Part shown: in pieces, positions 25,064 through 28,901 of the stretch
Layout of the letters: every line of letters begins with the position of its first letter
Numbering within the stretch: the first letter of the stretch is position 1
Source of the DNA: Bacteroidales bacterium
GTDB lineage: Bacteria > Bacteroidota > Bacteroidia > Bacteroidales > UBA12481
Assembly (NCBI GenBank): GCA_038330665.1
Contig: JBBQOG010000001.1
Coordinates: 1-28,901, forward strand
Reading direction: 5' to 3'
DNA: 28,901 nucleotides
The notes under the pieces: generated by a model
Told to the model about the DNA's origin: nothing
Databases searched by the model: none
The model's input: only the letters and a program-made list of their open reading frames with translations
Program-made: the position numbers and the translations under genes

Positions 25064-28000
25064 TTCAATATCGACACGCTTCCCTTGATGGGTTTCATGG
25101 TAGGGTCGAGCAAGAGAAGATAATAATAGGTTCCCACCGGTAAAACTCGCCCGGTTTTGTCGCGGCCGTCCCAGGGCACCGGGTAACCGGTTTCGGCCCA
25201 CCAGATCAGCTGGCCCGCCCGGTTGTAAATCTTCATTGCACACGACGGGAAATCACGTAGTGCGGCAATTTCCCAGGTTTCATTCACTGCGTCACCATTT
25301 GGGGTAAATGCATTGGGAATCTGGAATGTCGGATACCCCATGTTCAGGTCGATCAACGAATTCGTCCGGCATTTCTTGGAATCCGTAACCCATACGATAT
25401 ACTTTCCGAGTAACATGCGGGGAAGGTAGGTAGCGGTGTCATTGGTCGACCAAAGAACCGAATACGGGGGAGTACCCCCGTCGATCCGCAGGCGGATTTC
25501 GCCGTCGGGACAGGTTTCGCAACTCGGGCTTAAGAGCCGGTAATTGATTTTGATGCTGTCAGGCTCCTGAAAACTGATATCCTTGGGATAGCGAACCACA
25601 CAGGCTTTATCCTCCCTCACCAGGATCTGGAAGTTGTTGTCGCCGTATAATCCTGCGAAAATGGGACTGTCATACCAGTCGGCTCCATTGTTGATGCTGT
25701 ATTCATAGGTGAGCCCCGAGCCGTGCTTCACAATCCGCAGACTGCCGTCGCGGCTGCCCGGACAGGATACAGGATAAGCTTCTACCGAATCGATGATAAG
25801 CAGGGCCGGATCGTTGAACCGGATCTTGACGGTATCGGCATTCTGACAACCATCTTTGGTTAGGGTCAGTTCATAGGTCCCGGTTTCATTGATCAGGATC
25901 TGAGGGGTGGTGGCACCGGTGTTCCATGCATACGAGTCACCCGTTCCTCCGGATAGCGGTATCGGTGAAGCTTTGCAATATATGGTATCCGGACCGAGAT
26001 TAACTTCAGGCAATGGCTTGATATCCAAACCAATGCTATCCCTTTTCACACATCCGTCCAGATCAATGTCGAGCCAGTAAATACCGGATTGCTGGGTGGA
26101 TATCTCCTGTGTGGTCTCGCTCGTGCTCCAAAGATAGCTGTCGCCCCAGCCCCCGCTCAGCTTGACCGGCTTCGACAGGCAAAGTGTCGTATCGTTACCC
26201 AGGTCAACCTCCGGCAGCGGTTTGAGGGTTACTTTTACACTATCAGAATTGGCACACCCGTTTAACCAGATGGTTAGTTTGTAAGTACCGGACTCGGTTA
26301 CCCGGATCTCCGAGGTGGTATCCGGGGTGTTCCATAAATACGAATCGCCGGTTCCACCGGATAAATACAAGGGAGTACCTTCACATTGAATAATCTCGTT
26401 CCCGAGATGGACCTCCGGAAGCGGCTTCATCAAAATACCAAGGGTATCCGTAAAAATGCACTTGTTCTTATCTGTGGCGTATAATACCAGATTGGCCGTG
26501 GTTTCGGTAATGTTAACATATCGGGTGGAGCCACCGGTGCTCCAGGTCCATGCCGTAAATCCACTTCCGCCGTCCAGAGTGATGGTATCCCCTTCACAAT
26601 TGACCCGGTCGGCCCCCAATTGAGGGAGCGTATAAGGCAAAACGGTGATCGTGATTTCACCAAAAGCAGAACATTCACTTTGCGGATTGTTCGGGTCCTT
26701 GGAATATCCTTTTACACGGTAGGTGGTACTGGCCCAGGGGTAAACATCCACTATCCTGTCGATGCTCCCTTCGGGGTTTACCCAACTAAAATTCGAGGCG
26801 CCTTCGGCTGTGAGGGTAACTTTCTGCCCGGCACAAACCAAACCGGTTACATTGGCCACGATCTTTACATCCGGGGCATTTTCCTCATTCACGCTGAAGT
26901 CATGCACCAGCGAACAACCGGTGGAATCCTCGGTGATAGTCACTTTATACACCCCTCCGGGCAAGCCTGACGCCTGATTGGAGCTATTGCCGGGGAATTC
27001 TTTCCATAGGATATGATAGCGGTCCAGGGGCTTCTCCATTTCGAAATTGATCGAACCGTTGGTCCCACCGCACGCAGCCGGAGATGTGCTGAAGGTCTTG
27101 AAAGCCGGAACAGGCTTCTCGGTGACCACTGTGCTGTCGCTGGCCGAACATCCGTTGTAATGGGTAACCGTCACGAAGTAGATGCCGGGATTAATCACAT
27201 CGCGAACCCGGTAAACACTCAGGTTGTTGTTGTCGCGCCATAAATAAAAGGCTCCGTCGCCCGCATCGAGATGCGCCGGACTTCCCTTGCACAAACTCGT
27301 GGTATCCGAAAAATTAAGCTCCGGAAGCGGAAAAATGGTGATAATCTGATCCTGCGAAATTGTTGACCCGAACTGCGTGACTGAGAACCGGATCAAATAT
27401 TTTCCTGGCACGGTAAACCGGTAAGTACCCTCCAACGTAATGGGGTCCACATCTGCTTTGCTAACCGGAATGTGGCCAGTGGAGTCGTAAATGAGCCATT
27501 GCGGCAGTCCCTCCAGGGTTTGTTTGTTGGCTGATACATAGAACCGGGTCAGATCATTTTGACAAGTGCTCTCATAATAGAACTTGGCGGCCTGAAAAAA
27601 GTCAGAAAGGAAAGTGGGAAGTCCGTAATAGGATTTTCCGCCCAATTCGGTCGAATTGTCCAAAAGGGTGGTGCCGTGCTCAATATAATTGCAGTTTTTC
27701 TGTATTGGCGAGTTGATGACCCCCAAATAGGGCTGCCCACCAAGGGAAACATAGATTTTTCCATTCGGCCCGAGCTGCAGTGCACCAACCAGAGTGTTTT
27801 TATTGTCCCTGAGAATCTGCACACTGCGCTGAATGGTCAATTGATCAGCAGTGTTGATATCCCATTGGTAGATCAATCCGTTCTTTCGGGTGGATCCGTA
27901 CAGAAAATTACCGGTAGGTGAAAATTCCACCCCATAGGCATTGTTCAGTTCCGCATTGGGCGCTTCACTGCTGCCGGCTCCCAGTTTGGCAATCACCCGG

Positions 28001-28779
28001 ATCCGGCCGGTTCCGTTGTCGAAGCTGAACAATTCAAAAAAATGCTGTCCCTCTACCGCCAAAGCCAAAAAATCTCCTTTTGGGGAGGATTTGAGATAAC
28101 CGGTGGCCCCACGGTTGTTGCTGTCACTCGGGTCAAACAGGTGTGGAGTGCCTTCGGTAACCTGGGCTCCAAAGGTCAGTCCGTTCTCATCCAGCTTGAA
28201 TTCATCGAACGTTCCGTTCCCGAATTCATGGGCGATAATCCAGTACGACGTGCCGTCTTTATGCTTGACCGCCGCAATCTTTTCAGTGAATCGGATCCCG
28301 CTGGTTCCGGGAAGCGAAAGGTTTTTTTGTGTAGGGGGAATGTTACCGAGCCCCCCGTCGCCGGTCATCTCAACAACGGTATATTTCAGTCCGCTACCCG
28401 GATTCGATGGGGTACCTGCCTGATCCAGGGTAAAAAGAACATATTTGGTCGGGTTTTTCGGCCAGGGGACCACAATGGACGACTGAGTAGAAGACGTATT
28501 TCCCAAAAGACCGCCCCCGTTTTGCATCACCTGGTGATTGCGGTTGTAAACGGTCGTTCCGTCGGTATAAAACAGCAGCTTCCCGTTCTTGTCGCTGATG
28601 GAAGCCACCCCTTCCCGCGTGTTGAGCTGGCCATCGGTCAGTGGCCTTGGAAATTGCTGATTGAAATCCAGGCCCGCATGGTCGCCAAAATACCAGATCG
28701 CTCCCTCCTTCTGGGCAAGGAGAGTCGGTAAGCACAGTAACCACAGGCTGGCGATAATAAATAAGATCCTTTTTTGCAA
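25060..28779 (-). CDS. T9SS type B CTD (gliding-motility-associated C-terminal domain) surface protein with N-terminal propeller, Cys-paired Ig-like repeats and SprB-like repeats
   Basis: Likely TTG start at 28779 (LQKRILF...LLA|QKEGAIWYFGDHAGLDFN). C-terminal IPNAFTPNGDAVNETW...IYNRAGQL...WDG...GTYYY. SprB-like units CGGTNGSI, CPGSRDGSL and CPDGEIRLRIDGGTPPY. Confidence 0.9.
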   Translation of the reverse strand: MQKRILFIIASLWLLCLPTLLAQKEGAIWYFGDHAGLDFNQQFPRPLTDGQLNTREGVASISDKNGKLLFYTDGTTVYNRNHQVMQNGGGLLGNTSSTQSSIVVPWPKNPTKYVLFTLDQAGTPSNPGSGLKYTVVEMTGDGGLGNIPPTQKNLSLPGTSGIRFTEKIAAVKHKDGTSYWIIAHEFGNGTFDEFKLDENGLTFGAQVTEGTPHLFDPSDSNNRGATGYLKSSPKGDFLALAVEGQHFFELFSFDNGTGRIRVIAKLGAGSSEAPNAELNNAYGVEFSPTGNFLYGSTRKNGLIYQWDINTADQLTIQRSVQILRDNKNTLVGALQLGPNGKIYVSLGGQPYLGVINSPIQKNCNYIEHGTTLLDNSTELGGKSYYGLPTFLSDFFQAAKFYYESTCQNDLTRFYVSANKQTLEGLPQWLIYDSTGHIPVSKADVDPITLEGTYRFTVPGKYLIRFSVTQFGSTISQDQIITIFPLPELNFSDTTSLCKGSPAHLDAGDGAFYLWRDNNNLSVYRVRDVINPGIYFVTVTHYNGCSASDSTVVTEKPVPAFKTFSTSPAACGGTNGSINFEMEKPLDRYHILWKEFPGNSSNQASGLPGGVYKVTITEDSTGCSLVHDFSVNEENAPDVKIVANVTGLVCAGQKVTLTAEGASNFSWVNPEGSIDRIVDVYPWASTTYRVKGYSKDPNNPQSECSAFGEITITVLPYTLPQLGADRVNCEGDTITLDGGSGFTAWTWSTGGSTRYVNITETTANLVLYATDKNKCIFTDTLGILMKPLPEVHLGNEIIQCEGTPLYLSGGTGDSYLWNTPDTTSEIRVTESGTYKLTIWLNGCANSDSVKVTLKPLPEVDLGNDTTLCLSKPVKLSGGWGDSYLWSTSETTQEISTQQSGIYWLDIDLDGCVKRDSIGLDIKPLPEVNLGPDTIYCKASPIPLSGGTGDSYAWNTGATTPQILINETGTYELTLTKDGCQNADTVKIRFNDPALLIIDSVEAYPVSCPGSRDGSLRIVKHGSGLTYEYSINNGADWYDSPIFAGLYGDNNFQILVREDKACVVRYPKDISFQEPDSIKINYRLLSPSCETCPDGEIRLRIDGGTPPYSVLWSTNDTATYLPRMLLGKYIVWVTDSKKCRTNSLIDLNMGYPTFQIPNAFTPNGDAVNETWEIAALRDFPSCAMKIYNRAGQLIWWAETGYPVPWDGRDKTGRVLPVGTYYYLLLLDPTMKPIKGSVSILK
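25810..26421 (-). repeat. Three tandem 68-aa (204-nt) Ig-like repeats LPEV(H/D/N)LG...C...SGG.GDSY.W...GC
   Basis: LPEV starts at 26421, 26217 and 26013 (204-nt period); two more divergent copies lie upstream in the same protein. Confidence 0.85.
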
Positions 28780-28856
28780 AACTTCCGGTTTTGAACCGGC
28801 CAAAAATACATAATATGTTTTGCTATCAATAAAAAAAGGGATAAAACTCAGGATAG

Positions 28857-28887
28857 AGCCACCTCCGAACATTTGAGGAGGTCGTGG
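28857..28887 (-). promoter_or_regulatory. 5'-UTR RNA hairpin, copy 2 (CCACGACCUCC-UCAAAUGUUC-GGAGGUGGCU)
   Basis: Upstream of the type B CTD gene; same 5' arm and same stem register as 23970-23997. Confidence 0.6.
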
Positions 28888-28901
28888 CGTAATAAAATAA
28901 T

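Noticed and set aside
25064-25243. N-terminal extension of the PorP/SprF ORF given in the ORF track (start 25243)
   Set aside because: It overlaps the CTD of the upstream gene; the signal peptide starts at MRRKITY (25063) with a typical ATGA coupling.
28780-28872. ORF-track start MFGGGS... for the type B CTD protein
   Set aside because: It adds 31 residues before an otherwise normal signal peptide and begins inside the conserved hairpin; TTG 28779 is preferred, though unproven.

Overview
Bacteroidota genomic DNA, probably an environmental Bacteroidales-type lineage (inferred from T9SS cargo with type A and type B C-terminal domains, a PorP/SprF gene, TAnnTTTG-type promoters and Gln after signal-peptide cleavage sites). 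It has four blocks. (1) 1-6086: at least three tandem related genes for membrane-anchored proteins of unknown function. The two complete ones share a conserved ~229-aa N-terminal region; all three end in highly divergent tails of ~8-14-aa units (hydrophobic run, polar spacer, then L-G/N/Q/S). Directly after them is a 983-aa protein combining a gluzincin-type metallopeptidase, a beta-propeller and a POTRA-less Omp85-like barrel. This is the best candidate for an undescribed processing/secretion system. (2) 6215-17047: two stand-alone Cache-domain lipoproteins bracket an RND efflux operon and a signalling cassette (sensorless histidine kinase, receiver-PP2C phosphatase, RsbW-like kinase, STAS protein, HAMP-fused degenerate CPBP membrane protein), with no sigma factor in view. 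(3) 17110-23944: two convergent T9SS-secreted proteases, a papain-like C1 and an M10-like metalloprotease with eight cadherin-like repeats. (4) 24089-28779: a type B CTD adhesin-like protein and its PorP/SprF partner. A covarying RNA hairpin (CCACGAC...GGRGGU(C)GGCU) occurs upstream of both minus-strand T9SS cargo units. I saw no rRNA, tRNA, CRISPR array or mobile element. All domain calls come from motif recognition by eye, not database searches.
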